DNA of 63,933 nucleotides, the filler included, from Octopus bimaculoides (lineage: Eukaryota): assembly GCF_001194135.2 (NCBI RefSeq). It is 6 parts of 6 records of this genome, joined end to end, with 100 filler letters (N's around TTAATTAATTAA, not from the genome) between each part and the next. Parts side by side here need not be neighbours in the genome. Positions count along the whole stretch, not along the records: positions 24,707 to 28,129 come from NW_026309069.1; positions 28,230 to 47,832 come from NC_069007.1; 4 more parts are not named here. One strand, given 5' to 3'. Shown here piece by piece: positions 25,671-39,419 of this stretch. Made by a program: the position numbers and the translations under genes. A model generated the notes under the pieces. That model saw only the letters and a program-made list of their open reading frames with translations. It searched no databases and was not told where the DNA came from. Within the stretch, counting starts at the first letter, position 1. Every line of letters begins with the position of its first letter.

Positions 25671-26223
25671 GGGGACGGTGTGTCTGCACATTGCTCGTTC
25701 TCTTGTGTGTAACGAGAAGCAACAAACCGATTGTTCTGTTACTTTTAACAATTGGCCTTCATTGACTGACTGGAACCGCCACCCGACGGCACCACCCTGC
25801 TCCCTGTCATCTGCCCACGCGCCCTCACACGTCCTGCGATGGCCGAGCGAGACACATAATTACACAACACATGAACGTATACACACAANNNNNNNNNNNN
25901 NNNNNNNNNNNNNNNNNNNNNNNNNNNNNNNNNNNNNNNNNNNNNNNNNNNNNNNNNNNNNNNNNNNNNNNNNNNNNNNNNNNNNNNNNNNNNNNNNNNN
26001 NNNNNNNNNNNNNNNNNNNNNNNNNNNNNNNNNNNNNNNNNNNNNNNNNNNNNNNNNNNNNNNNNNNNNNNNNNNNNNNNNNNNNNNNNNNNNNNNNNNN
26101 NNNNNNNNNNNNNNNNNNNNNNNNNNNNNNNNNNNNNNNNNNNNNNNNNNNNNNNNNNNNNNNNNNNNNNNNNNNNNAAAGGCGGTGCTCCAGCATGGCC
26201 GCAGTCAAATGACAAACAAATAA

Positions 26224-26373
<150 letters not shown>

Positions 26374-26885
26374 TAAGAATCCCATCTTACAGAAAAAAAA
26401 ACTGATCATGGATGGTCACATCTGGATTGTCTCAGATGGAACATCTCACTCTGCATTGACCTGGGATTAACAAAAACAACAACAACCAGCACTATCATAA
26501 TATCACCAAAATAAAAGATAAAAATCGTTTAGACTTTCTGTGTTAATCCAAAGCTTACTCACCCACCAGCACCGCCACCACCCGGCGCCGTCTCCCAGTC
26601 CACCCGTATGTACGGGGTCACTCGGTACACTAGTCAAGTATCCTCTCTTTCTCCCTCCCCACCTGCGCGTGTGTCTCTGTGTGTATGTATGTATGTATGT
26701 ATGTATGTATGTATGTGTGTGTCTATGGCTGTGCTGTAAGAAGCTTGCTTCTCAACCCAACCCACATGGTTCCGGGTTCAGTCCCACTTCGTTGAACTTT
26801 GGTCAAGTGTCTTCTACTATAGCCTCGGGCCGACCAAAGCCTTGTGAGTGAGTTTGGTAGACGGCAACTGGAAAAATCCTGTCGA

Positions 26886-26929
<44 letters not shown>

Positions 26930-27632
26930 TTATGACGGGCTTCTTTCAGTTTCCGTCTACCAAATCCACTCACAAGGTTTTGATCGGCACGAGGCTATAG
27001 TAGAAGACACTTGCCCAAGGTGCCACGCATTGGGACTGAACCCGGAACCATGTGGTTGAGAAGCAAGCTTTATTTTTGATCTTCTATATAAATAAAGATA
27101 TATCCTTTGTTTTGCAGCTTTTCTCGAAATCAGAAGAACCGTTTTTATAACGAGTTATATCTATTTATTACCCGAAGAGACATATCTGCACCATCGAATG
27201 CTTCTGAATTAGTTTTTAAGAATCCCACCCGTGTTAGATGGGTTGAAACAATTGTCATGATTCCGTCTTTCATTTCCTGGCTTTAAGGGTATCGTTCTTT
27301 TGACAAACTGAAAGGACCACTGCAATAAGTGTGTGAATCTGAGGGGAGGGGAATATGTTGAATAAGATCAGAAGTAACTGATCCTCTTGTATTTTCTTTT
27401 ACCCAAAGCTAAGAACTTTTTAGCGCTCCCTCGTCTACGTACGTATGTAACTTCTATGAAAAAGTGATTCGTAAACAAACTTATCAAGAAAATAACAGTT
27501 TTAAATCTAAAAGAGATGAAAGAAGGGGGAAAAAAAGAGAAAAAAGAAGACACAAATTAAATAATGATAAAAATAAAAACATGGATTGTTTGCGTAAACA
27601 GCGAATCTTTAGAGAAAACGTAGATATCTTAC

Positions 27633-27706
27633 TGATTATAAGAAATCAAGAGAAAGGCTAGAATAAAATGGCGTCTTGTCGTCTGCTCCTCTATCACAGA
27701 CGCCAT
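27633..27706 (-). CDS. Candidate first coding exon (MASVIEEQTTRRHFILAFLLISYN, phase 2); unverified
   Basis: acaATGG context, open frame, CA|GTAAGA donor, in non-repetitive sequence. No convincing next exon found. Confidence 0.25.
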
Positions 27707-28229
27707 TGTATTCTTGTTGCTGTCGGCTGCTGAATATATTTATTGATTGTCTGTTTGTTAGCAGACGATCGGACGGAGAGACGGACGTAATATTATCGCA
27801 TGTTGCATGTGTCGTGCATTTTGTGTAAATAATAAAAGAAATAACGAATAACAAAAAACAAAACGACGAAGCGGATTGGAATGGCAACTTCACGATAGAA
27901 CACGTTTGACCCAAACCATCTCCGTCGGCGCCACCACCACCAGCACCACTCTGAGACGATGCGAAATAGGGAAGAAAATGAGTGGGGAGGTTGATGAAGG
28001 GGATGTTGATGATGAAGAAGAAGAAGAAGAAGAAGAAGACGTTGACGATCATAAAGGTGTTGGTCGTGGTGGCAATGATGATGATGATGAACAAGATGAA
28101 GATGACGACGACGACGAAGAAGTTAAAAGNNNNNNNNNNNNNNNNNNNNNNNNNNNNNNNNNNNNNNNNNNNNTTAATTAATTAANNNNNNNNNNNNNNN
28201 NNNNNNNNNNNNNNNNNNNNNNNNNNNNN

Positions 28230-28292
<63 letters not shown>

Positions 28293-28568
28293 CATATATA
28301 TATTATATATATTATATATGTATATATGTGTGTGTGTGTGCATACATATATATATATATATATGTATGTGTATATATATATATGCATGTGTATATACATA
28401 TGTATATATGCATATATATACATGCATATGTATAAATACATACAAACATGCATATATATATATATATATGTCTATATAGATATATATATATGTACATATA
28501 TAGTTATTTATATTTATATAAATGGATAGATAGTTAGATAGATAAATAGATAGATTCAGATAAACATG

Positions 28569-28622
<54 letters not shown>

Positions 28623-28879
28623 ATTCACTGTTCTATCATTAATATAAATGGAGGTTGATGTGAGTGAAGTTAATTCCACATCGATGGAATACACTTTGCG
28701 AGATCTCCTGCTCCCAAAAAATACCATTTAGATTAATCGATGGCACCTGGTCGTTACCGAGCTTTCATGTTCACACAGTTTATAGTAAAGAGGCAGGTAA
28801 AACGTTCTTTTCTGCATGCATGTGTGTTTGTGTGTGTGTGTATCTGCATTATCTGCAAGTGTGCATCTTATTGTATTAT

Positions 28880-29470
28880 ATATCGTCATCGTCATCATTC
28901 TTAATATCAACACCGTCATCGCCGTTGTCGTCATCATTGTAATATTGTCAACGTAGTCGTTGTCACTGTCATTGTCAACATAATCTTGTTCCTGTTTGTC
29001 ATTCCTGCCATTGTCCGATTTGTTGACATCAACTTCAACATCATCATCGTCGACGTCGTTGTCTTCATCATTACTGTCATCACCCATCTGCATCATTGTC
29101 TTTGTCATTCTCAATATAATCATCTTTGTCCTCATCATTATTGCCACTGACAACATCATCATTATGATTGATGTCATCATCGTTATCATCATCATCATCA
29201 TCTCCATCATCATCATTGTTATCATCATTGCAGTTGTCATCATTGTCATCGTCATCCCCATCATCATTTTTGTCGTCGCCATCATCATCATCATCAACAT
29301 TATAATCCTCATCAGCATCATCGTCTTTGTCATCATCATCATTACCATCATTATCATCATCACCATCATCATCATCGTTGTCATCATCATTGCTTAAACA
29401 TCCACTATTCCTGGCTTGCAGATGTCTGGCAGAATTCATGCAGTTCTTCCATGGCCAGATGCTCTTCCTC
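28880..29470 (-). repeat. Degenerate (GAT)n array preceded (on -) by a retroposon 3' end at ~29392-29470
   Basis: aggaagagcatctggcc...gtggatgtttaagcaatgatgatg resembles the aggaagggcatccagc...ggacgttaaacgatgatg ends at 47480-47832. Confidence 0.6.
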
Positions 29471-29943
29471 TCATATGTATCTATTATCTTTTTAAAAGAT
29501 TTAAAAAACAAGGTTGACAGTGTCTTCAAATCTTCAGCTTTTGGTTCATTCACCTTTGTTACACAGTGTGATAACAGTGAGAAGCTGAGCAGACCTAAAC
29601 TTCGAAGTCACTGTCAACATTTTCTTTGCAAATAATAATAAAGAACCACTCTACAAACTCTAAATATGTACTCTACTAAAGTTATTGAGTTGTTGTTGTT
29701 GGCACTCCATCGCTTACGACGTCGAGGGTTCCGGTTGATCCGATCAACGGAACAGGCGGGTTGGTACCAAAAGGGTTAAATGTGTTTATGGGGAGAAAAA
29801 TATTGCAAAACATCAATGTGGCAAAGAAATGAGGATGGTACCAGGTGGTCATGAGATATACCAAAAATAACAGCTAAATCACCTTTAAATTACAGACACA
29901 CAAAAAATTGTATGAATTCCCATGTGTAGAACAAATTCTTCTT

Positions 29944-30161
29944 GTGGAGGCGCAATGGCCCAGTGGTTAGGGCAGCGGACTCGTGGTTATAGGATCGCGG
30001 TTTCGATTCCCAGACCGGGCATTGTGAGTGTTTATTGAGCGAAAACACCTAAAAGCTCCACGAGGCTCTGGCAGGGGATGGTGGTGAACCCTGCTGTACT
30101 CTTCCACCACAACTTTCTCTCACTCTTACTTCCTGTTTCTGTTGTGCCTGTAATTGAAAAG
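29944..30161 (+). mobile_element. tRNA-derived SINE family A, 3'-truncated (a separate 3' piece on - at 29690-29757)
   Basis: GGAGGCGCAATGGCCCAGTGGTTAGGG (A box) ... GGTTTCGATTCC (B box); same body as the full-length copies. Confidence 0.9.
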
Positions 30162-30920
30162 TGTTTGAGTAGCTACTGACGATGTTTTCCTGATGCTGTC
30201 TTCAAAATTACTTATTAGAATATTTGGAACATATTTTTCTCTTAATTTCTTTTCCCTCTTGTACATTTAGCTGTGTGTTTTGACTTTGAGAAGCAAACAT
30301 CTTTTTCCTGTTGTCTACCACTGGGTATCGAGGGCTGCCACTCCTTTGATTATTATATTTTGTTTTTACAAGTATTGAATGAAAATTTCTTTTGACAATG
30401 ATTGAAAAGGATATTGTCTCAATGGAAAATGACAACTTTACACTATGAGTGACAAATATATAACAACAACAACAACAACGAAATTAATTGTAAGGATGTA
30501 AAAGCAAACAAGACAGGTTACTAGCAACTCAATTCTAGAATAAGAGCAAAGAAAGCATATAAAGAATGATTTTTTTTTTGTCCAGGTCTATTCATTACCT
30601 GACATATAAGCATAGACAAACACAAACACACACACAATCACATACCCATATATATATATATNNNNNNNNNNNNNNNNNNNNNNNNNNNNNNNNNNNNNNN
30701 NNNNNNNNNNNNNNNNNNNNNNNNNNNNNNNNNNNNNNNNNNNNNNNNNNNNNNNNNNNNNNNNNNNNNNNNNNNNNNNNNNNNNNNNNNNNNNNNNNNN
30801 NNNNNNNNNNNNNNNNNNNNNNNNNNNNNNNNNNNNNNNNNNNNNNNNNNNNNNNNNNNNNNNNNNNNNNNNNNNNNNNNNNNNNNNNNNNNNNNNNNNN
30901 NNNNNNNNNNNNNNNNNNNN

Positions 30921-30962
<42 letters not shown>

Positions 30963-31213
30963 TGTATGTATGTGTGCATGTATGATTGTATGTATGTACA
31001 TATAAACTCAGACACATAAATTCAATTTGAAAAGCAATATCTCTCACATATTTGAGCATGTTAAATAAAAGTCTGATGATAAAGATGAAAATGAAATTGA
31101 AAAAGACTGCGATAATGGTAGTGTAGACATAATACTTACATACACAGGCAGAAAGCTGACACCTCTACCTCTCTTCCAGCACAGCTATCTACTACGCATC
31201 TCTTTATTTATCT

Positions 31214-31248
<35 letters not shown>

Positions 31249-31629
31249 ATTTATCTTTCTATCTAGTTATGGCTCTTCAGCTATCTAGCTATCTATCTAT
31301 CTACCTATCTATCTACCTCTATCTATCTATCTATCTATCTATCTATCCATATATCTATCTACCTCTATCTATCTATCCATCTATCTATCTACCTCTATCT
31401 ATCTATCCATCTATCTATCTACCTCTATCTATCTATCCATCCATCTATCTACCTCTATCTATCTATCTATCTACCTATCTATCTATTCATCTATCTACAT
31501 ATATACATAATTATCTATCTATTTGTTTGTCTGGCTATCTATTTACCTATTTATCTGTCTATTTATTCTGCTCTCTATCTATCAGTTTGTTACACATCTA
31601 TTTCTCTCCCCTCTCCCCCTCTCTCTCCC

Positions 31630-31665
<36 letters not shown>

Positions 31666-32094
31666 TGTATGTATCTGTCTATCTATCTACCCATCTACCT
31701 ATGTATCCATTCTATTTATCACCTACACATCCATATAATAAACAGCATCGAACCACCATTATTTTGAAGTTCCATTTAACAGAAAAAGATGCTGCATTTC
31801 TATAGACACAAAATGGAAACCACATGAATTGTATCTGGATGGTATATTGCATCAAAACACAGAAGAGAAACATATAAGTTACATACGCAGAACTGAACAA
31901 AACTACATACCAGTTTGCTTTTGTTCTGGAAGCATCTCTTCTTCCTCCTCCCCACCCCCACCACTTACGTTTCTCTCTTTCTTTCTAAGTAATGATATCT
32001 TTACAATGAAATCTTTCATAAAATTTCTATCAGATATTTACCTGCTACGTGATACTTGTCATACATTATTATGGAGATATCCTTTGATATTCCT

Positions 32095-32108
32095 GCTTAC
32101 GTATTATT

Positions 32109-32139
<31 letters not shown>

Positions 32140-32585
32140 CATCATCATCATCATTTATATTATTATTGTTGTTGTTGTTGTTATTGTTATTATTATTATT
32201 AGTAGTAGTAATGATGATGATGATAATAATAATAATAATAATAATGATGATGATGATGATGACGATGATGATTATGATTATGATGATGATAATAATAAGG
32301 ATAATAATAATATTAATAATAATAATAATGATAATAATGATGATGATGATAATAATAATAATAATATTAATAATAATAATGATAATAATGATGATGATGA
32401 TAATGATGATGATGATGATAATAATAATAATTAGTATTATTATTATTATATTATCATTATTATTATTATTATTGCTGCTCATCTTACTATTAATATTTTT
32501 ATTATCCTGATCATCATCATCATCATTATTAAATGTGGTTGTGGTGGTGGTGGTGGCAGTAGTAGTAGTAGTAGTAGTAGTAGTA
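32095..32585. repeat. Compound (TTA)/(TAA)/(GAT)/(TAG) microsatellite
   Basis: Direct observation. Confidence 0.9.
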
Positions 32586-34042
32586 AGTTTTGTAGGCAGA
32601 TAAAATGCAAAAGCATTGCACACCCAGAAAAAGCATTGGTATAGATCTAAGAGATTAGATCAGTGGTGCAGTNNNNNNNNNNNNNNNNNNNNNNNNNNNN
32701 NNNNNNNNNNNNNNNNNNNNNNNNNNNNNNNNNNNNNNNNNNNNNNNNNNNNNNNNNNNNNNNNNNNNNNNNNNNNNNNNNNNNNNNNNNNNNNNNNNNN
32801 NNNNNNNNNNNNNNNNNNNNNNNNNNNNNNNNNNNNNNNNNNNNNNNNNNNNNNNNNNNNNNNNNNNNNNNNNNNNNNNNNNNNNNNNNNNNNNNNNNNN
32901 NNNNNNNNNNNNNNNNNNNNNNNNNNNNNNNNNNNNNNNNNNNNNNNNNNNNNNNNNNNNNNNNNNNNNNNNNNNNNNNNNNNNNNTATGTATGTATGTA
33001 TGTATATATATGTATGCATATATATATATCTTTATTGGTGAGTCAAGACTATTGAAAAGGTTGCAAGACGCAACGAAAATTTTAGGAAAATAAAAATAAG
33101 AAATAAGTGGAAATTTTAACGGTGAGTGTGTTAAATTTCAAGGCACAATAAGAAAATGACTCTCCCCAGACACAACAGAATTTGCTTCAATACACGAAAT
33201 CACATAAAAAATCTTGCAAACCAAATCCAAAAACGAAATATATATATATATATATATATTTATTATTTAATAGACACAATACATGTTTTTATGTGCTACT
33301 AATAGTTTCATATGTTGAAAAATACCTCAAATATATTCATCAGGCACAAACCAAATGTCATTTACGAACTAAAATTTGAATGAGAGAAGAAAAGTGTAAA
33401 GTTGAGAAAGAAGCATATAAAAAAAACGTAAACGGTTAAAAATGGAAAACAAAAGACAGAAAATTATAAAGTAAAAAAGATAAAAGAGTTTTCCTCCTTA
33501 AGCCTTATGTTATAACGCTGGAAAGATATCAACAAGTTAATCAGGTATAGACAAAAATGTGCTTAGACATATGTTTACAACCACTGAAAATTTCAGACCT
33601 AGAGTTCAGTTGAGTGTGTATGTGTGTATGTATATANNNNNNNNNNGTAGTAGTAGTAGTAGTAGTAGTAAGTTTTGTAGGCAGATAAAATGCAAAAGCA
33701 TTGCACACCCAGAAAAAGCATTGGTATAGATCTAAGAGATTAGATCAGTGGTGCAGTATCGGATCTTTAAACTGGTTTTCGACCTATGCTACAGTAGGTA
33801 CTGTTTGAGCACCAGTTATCATCTTATCTTATAATGTACGCTCATTGAACACCATTCATCACATTATATTATTTCCATCCTTACCACCATCATCATCATC
33901 ATCATCATCACTTAACATCTGTGTTCCATACTGACATAGGTAAGATGGTTTGACTGGAACCAATTTGCCCAAAGGGAGCATGATGCTCCAGCATCTGTTA
34001 TATCATAGTTTTCACAGTTAGATGCCCTTCCTAATGCCAACA

Positions 34043-34077
<35 letters not shown>

Positions 34078-34942
34078 NNNNNNNNNNNNNNNNNNNNNNN
34101 NNNNNNNNNNNNNNNNNNNNNNNNNNNNNNNNNNNNNNNNNNNNNNNNNNNNNNNNNNNNNNNNNNNNNNNNNNNNNNNNNNNNNNNNNNNNNNNNNNNN
34201 NNNNNNNNNNNNNNNNNNNNNNNNNNNNNNNNNNNNNNNNNNNNNNNNNNNNNNNNNNNNNNNNNNNNNNNNNNNNNNNNNNNNNNNNNNNNNNNNNNNN
34301 NNNNNNNNNNNNNNNNNNNNNNNNNNNNNNNNNNNNNNNNNNNNNNNNNNNNNNNNNNNNNNNNNNNNNNNNNNNNNNNNNNNNNNNNNNNNNNNNNNNN
34401 NNNNNNNNNNNNNNNNNNNNNNNNNNNNNNNNNNNNNNNNNNNNNNNNNNNNNNNNNNNNNNNNNNNNNNNNNNNNNNNNNNNNNNNNNNNNNNNNNNNN
34501 NNNNNNNNNNNNNNNNNNNNNNNNNNNNNNNNNNNNNNNNNNNNNNNNNNNNNNNNNNNNNNNNNNNNNNNNNNNNNNNNNNNNNNNNNNNNNNNNNNNN
34601 NNNNNNNNNNNNNNNNNNNNNNNNNNNNNNNNNNNNNNNNNNNNNNNNNNNNNNNNNNNNNNNNNNNNNNNNNNNNNNNNNNNNNNNNNNNNNNNNNNNN
34701 NNNNNNNNNNNNNNNNNNNNNNNNNNNNNNNNNNNNNNNNNNNNNNNNNNNNNNNNNNNNNNNNNNNNNNNNNNNNNNNNNNNNNNNNNNNNNNNNNNNN
34801 NNNNNNNNNNNNNNNNNNNNNNNNNNNNNNNNNNNNNNNNNNNNNNNNNNNNNNNNNNNNNNNNNNNNNNNNNNNNNNNNNNNNNNNNNNNNNNNNNNNN
34901 NNNNNNNNNNNNNNNNNNNNNNNNNNNNNNNNNNNNNNNNNN

Positions 34943-34979
<37 letters not shown>

Positions 34980-35670
34980 ATATATAGAAATATTATTATT
35001 TCTAAATTTCTCAAAGAGAGACATTCAATAACAGTTCTTTAAAAGTAAATGTTATTTGCCAACACAATGTGGTTGTCCTGAAAGGCTGTTGTTCCTTGGG
35101 GCTAAAACAACAGTAACATTGTCCCTTAATGTTGGTAAATAGCATATATGTGTGTGTGTATGTGTGTATCTTTGTGTGCGTGGGTATGTATTTATATATG
35201 CATATATATATTTATGTATATATCAATGACTTGTAGGGATACAACATTTCATTATGCAACCATAATATACTACAAAGTATATTGAACGTTTTTATAAGTC
35301 AATACCATGTTCTACTGTGTTAGCAGTGTTCTTACATCACTTGTTAAGGTCATCTCTACAGATTTTCAATGGAAATTATAGCCAGTACTGATTTTTGTTA
35401 CAATGGTTCGTATCTGAGATGTCAGACGAAAACAACAGCAATGAGATCAGAGTTGCAAAAAAGGGGAAATGGATGTATATCCCATATTCCGGGAGTTTTT
35501 GCTCCTTCATCAATAACCATCCAACCTATTAATCATCCACGAACTCATTGCTTAAATGACCCCCTAAATATAGCAGTATAACATTATTGAATGTACCAAT
35601 TTACATATTAAACATTCCATAAACATTGATGACTTGTAGAGACATGGTATTTCGTTATGCAACCATAATA

Positions 35671-35974
35671 TTGTTGTTGTTGGCACTTCGTCGGTTACGA
35701 CGTCGAGGGTTCCAGTTGATCCGATCAACGGAACAGCCTGCTCGTGAAATTAACATGCAAGTGGCTGAGCACTCCACAGACACGTGTACCCTTAACGTAG
35801 TTCCCGGGGGTATTCAGTGTGACACAGTGTGACAAGGCTGACCCTTTCAATTACAGGCACAACAGAAACAGGAAGTAAGAGGGAGAGAAAGTTGTGGTGG
35901 AAGAGTACAGCAGGGTTCGCCACCATCCCCTGCCGGAGCCTCCTGGAGATTTTTAGGTGTTTTCGCTCAATAAA
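35671..35974 (-). mobile_element. SINE family A, 3' part, running into a gap
   Basis: Ends ..cgacgtcgtaaccgacgaagtgccaacaacaacaa. Confidence 0.9.
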
Positions 35975-36957
35975 NNNNNNNNNNNNNNNNNNNNNNNNNN
36001 NNNNNNNNNNNNNNNNNNNNNNNNNNNNNNNNNNNNNNNNNNNNNNNNNNNNNNNNNNNNNNNNNNNNNNNNNNNNNNNNNNNNNNNNNNNNNNNNNNNN
36101 NNNNNNNNNNNNNNNNNNNNNNNNNNNNNNNNNNNNNNNNNNNNNNNNNNNNNNNNNNNNNNNNNNNNNNNNNNNNNNNNNNNNNNNNNNNNNNNNNNNN
36201 NNNNNNNNNNNNNNNNNNNNNNNNNNNNNNNNNNNNNNNNNNNNNNNNNNNNNNNNNNNNNNNNNNNNNNNNNNNNNNNNNNNNNNNNNNNNNNNNNNNN
36301 NNNTTTTGTTACGACGTTTCGTATCCGAAATGTCAGATGTAAACAGCCAATGAGATCGAAGATGAAAGTCATTAATATTTACGTACAAGTGAGTTAAAAT
36401 ACCACCAAGGTCTACTTTGCCGTTCATCCTTTCGGTGTCGATAAATTAAGTACCAGTTGCGTACTAGGGTCAATCTAATCGACTGGCCCCTCTCCCCCAA
36501 AATTTCAGGCCTTGTGCCTTGAGTAGAAAAGAATATTTACATGCCAGGTCTAGGAATGTGTTTAATACGTAAATTGGTACCTTCAATAATGCTACACCAT
36601 TGTATGCAGTGGCTATATAAGCAATGAGTTCATGGCTGTTGGTTGGGTGTTGATGAAGGAGCAAAACTCCTGAAATATGGCATATACGCCCATTAACCGT
36701 TTGTATTTCTACTACTACTAGAATTTGTAATTCCATTTTATGGCTACTACTACTACTACTACCACCGTCACTATACTATTACTACAGCATCTACTAGTAA
36801 TAGTAGTTTTAATTTAATTTTGCTATTGCTACTGCTGTTATTATTTTTAATCCTATTCTAATTACTACTACTACTGCTGCTTCTGCAATTACTACTACTT
36901 CTAATTATACCACAAATACTACCACCACTACACTATTCCGGCCTCTTCTACAACATC

Positions 36958-36994
<37 letters not shown>

Positions 36995-37077
36995 TTTAAT
37001 TTAATTTTACCACTGCTACTGCCATTACTTCTGATACTAGTTTTAATACGATTTTACTACTACTACTACTACTACTG

Positions 37078-37115
<38 letters not shown>

Positions 37116-37363
37116 GTTGCTGCTAATACTACTACTACAACTACTTTTAATTCACTTTTAAAAACTTTCTACTGAACAAATAATATTTTCCATCAGATCA
37201 CAGCTCATTTTCCCATGCTTTAAGTCTCTCTCTCTCTCTCTATCTCTCTCGTTCACTTTCTTTCTTTCTCTCTCTCTCTCTCTCTCTCATTCTCTCTCTC
37301 GTGTAATGTTGTCTGTCTGTTCGTTTGCGAATGTATATCGTTTCAATGGCATTCGTTCAACAG

Positions 37364-37434
37364 TTCCTACCCAGTGAACTTAAAAATACGTTCAAAGATG
37401 ATAAAACATTCGAAGAGAGAAGAAGAAAAAAAAA
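37364..37434 (+). CDS. Candidate exon of an uncharacterised plus-strand gene
   Basis: ttcgttcaacAG acceptor and a perfect GTAAGT donor. Two open frames (FLPSELKNTFKDDKTFEERRRKK or SYPVNLKIRSKMIKHSKREEEKK); only the second is phase-compatible with a read-through of the next exon. Confidence 0.35.
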
Positions 37435-37590
37435 GTAAGTTGCGTGAAATTTCATGTTTTTCTCTGGAACAATTGTCCGAAATTAAAAACAACCCATAAA
37501 TCGTTAATCTTAGAAGAAAGAGAGACAGAAAGAGAGACTGACAGACAGAGGGAGAGAAGAAAGAAGAACGTTTTTCCTTCGTTCTCTCAG

Positions 37591-37667
37591 CTGTAATTTT
37601 ATTTATCAAGCGACTCAACGTGGCACCAGCTTCCATGATTAATGATGCAGAGTATTTGGCGACAAAG
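37591..37667 (+). CDS. Candidate exon (..VILFIKRLNVAPASMINDAEYLATK)
   Basis: Strong acceptor tttttccttcgttctctcAG; open frame phase 1 to 0; the donor AAG|GTGAAG is weak. Confidence 0.3.
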
Positions 37668-38291
37668 GTGAAGACTTGTGAAAAATAACACATTTGCATT
37701 TCTTTACGACTGGCTAAATTCTTTGAGTCTGTCGTCAAGATAAAGCATGACTAAGATGATTCAAGATAGATAATGTTGTTTAATAAGCTGACGAAGATCT
37801 CAGAGTAAAGCACTACCTCCACCACTATCACCACCACCACCAACATCACCACCACTACCACCACCACCACCATCACCGCCACCGCTATCAACACCATCAT
37901 CAACATCACCAACTTCATCACTACCACCATTATTATCACCTCTACCACTTTCGTCACCATCACCATCACCACCACCACCACTATCACCATCTCCACTACC
38001 ACCAACACTACCTTCGCCACCATCACATATATATTTCATCAATTTAAATTTCAGAATTTTGTTCATTATACATATCCACAAGAGTTGTCTTTTAATGTAA
38101 ATGGTTTTTTGTTCTTATTAATAATGCCTGTAGGTATATTAGCTAGATATTTGGTTTGATTTTAACTCATTGCACTAAGTATGTAGCCCTGCACTCAACT
38201 ATATGTTCTTCATGCAGAAGGCAGCCATAGGGAATGTTCCAATATCATTTCAGATTGGTAGGTTTCTTAAATGATTAAAGAAGCATACAAG

Positions 38292-38327
<36 letters not shown>

Positions 38328-38617
38328 GGTGGTGGTGGTGGTGGTAGTAGTAGTATTATTAGTAGTGGTGGTGGTGGTGGTGGTGGTGGTAGTAGTAGTA
38401 GTCCTTACTAACAGAAGCACAATGCTTGAAATTTGGGGAAGGAAGCCAGCTGATTACCCTGATCCCAAGGCTCAGCTGGTACTTAATTCATTGACCCTCA
38501 AAGGATGAAAGTCATTGTAAACCATGGCAGAATTAGAACTCAGAACATAAAGATGAACAAAATGCCACAAAGTATTTCGTCAGGCAGGCTAAAGATTCTG
38601 CTACTTGACCTCCTCAA

Positions 38618-38703
<86 letters not shown>

Positions 38704-38719
38704 ATAATAATAATAATAA

Positions 38720-39300
38720 TGAGAGCTGGGACCTATATACACTGGTAGCTATGCCAACAGTATGGAATAACAAAAGAAAAAAGATGGTATAAACACACGC
38801 CAGAAAAGGTCACAGAAAACGAGAAAGCAACCATACTCTGGGATATGCCAACATACACAGATAAAGAAATTAAGGCCAATAGACCAGATATAGTTGTCAA
38901 AGATCATGAAGGAAAAAAATGCTTTCTAATTGATGTATCAATACCAGCAGATAACCACGTTTCCCTAAAAGAAATGGAGGAACTTTCAAAATACAAAGAC
39001 CTGGAAATAGAGGTAACTCGAATGTGGAATCTAAAAACAGAAACAATTCCTATCATAGTAGGTGCCTTAGGTATAATAAAAAAATATTCAGACAATTTTT
39101 TTATTACAAAAACACCAGGACTTACAAATATACATAATATACAGAAAATTGCACTACTGGGCACTGCACACATCCTATGCAAGACACTTTCAATACAGTA
39201 ACCATAAGAGCATCACAGCAAACCACAGCACAGACCCAAGGCACACAGAGCTGTGCTCGGTAGTGAAATGAAAGCACATTATAAAAATAAAACTACTGAA
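38720..39300 (+). mobile_element. R4/Dong-like RLE 3' fragment flanked by (AAT)n
   Basis: ENEKATILWDMP...NRPDIVVKD...FLIDVSIPAD..VSLKE...KYKDLEIEV...PIIVGALG...QKIALLGTAHIL. Confidence 0.9.
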
Positions 39301-39419
39301 TAATAATAATTTTTTTCTACTGCAAGCACAAGGGCTCAAAATTGGATTAAGTCAATTACATCGACCCCAGCATGTAATTAATTGATGCTTATTTAATCGA
39401 CTCCGAGAAGATGAAAGAT

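Noticed and set aside
29944-30020. tRNA-like sequences (also 17163, 43707, 53299, 54608, 55506, 62832)
   Set aside because: SINE heads: A/B boxes are present but they continue into a shared SINE body and lack a proper cloverleaf end.
32570-33756. Identical ~100-bp segment at 32570-32672 and 33650-33756
   Set aside because: Exact copies next to gaps; most likely redundant contig ends. The same applies to 20120-20470.
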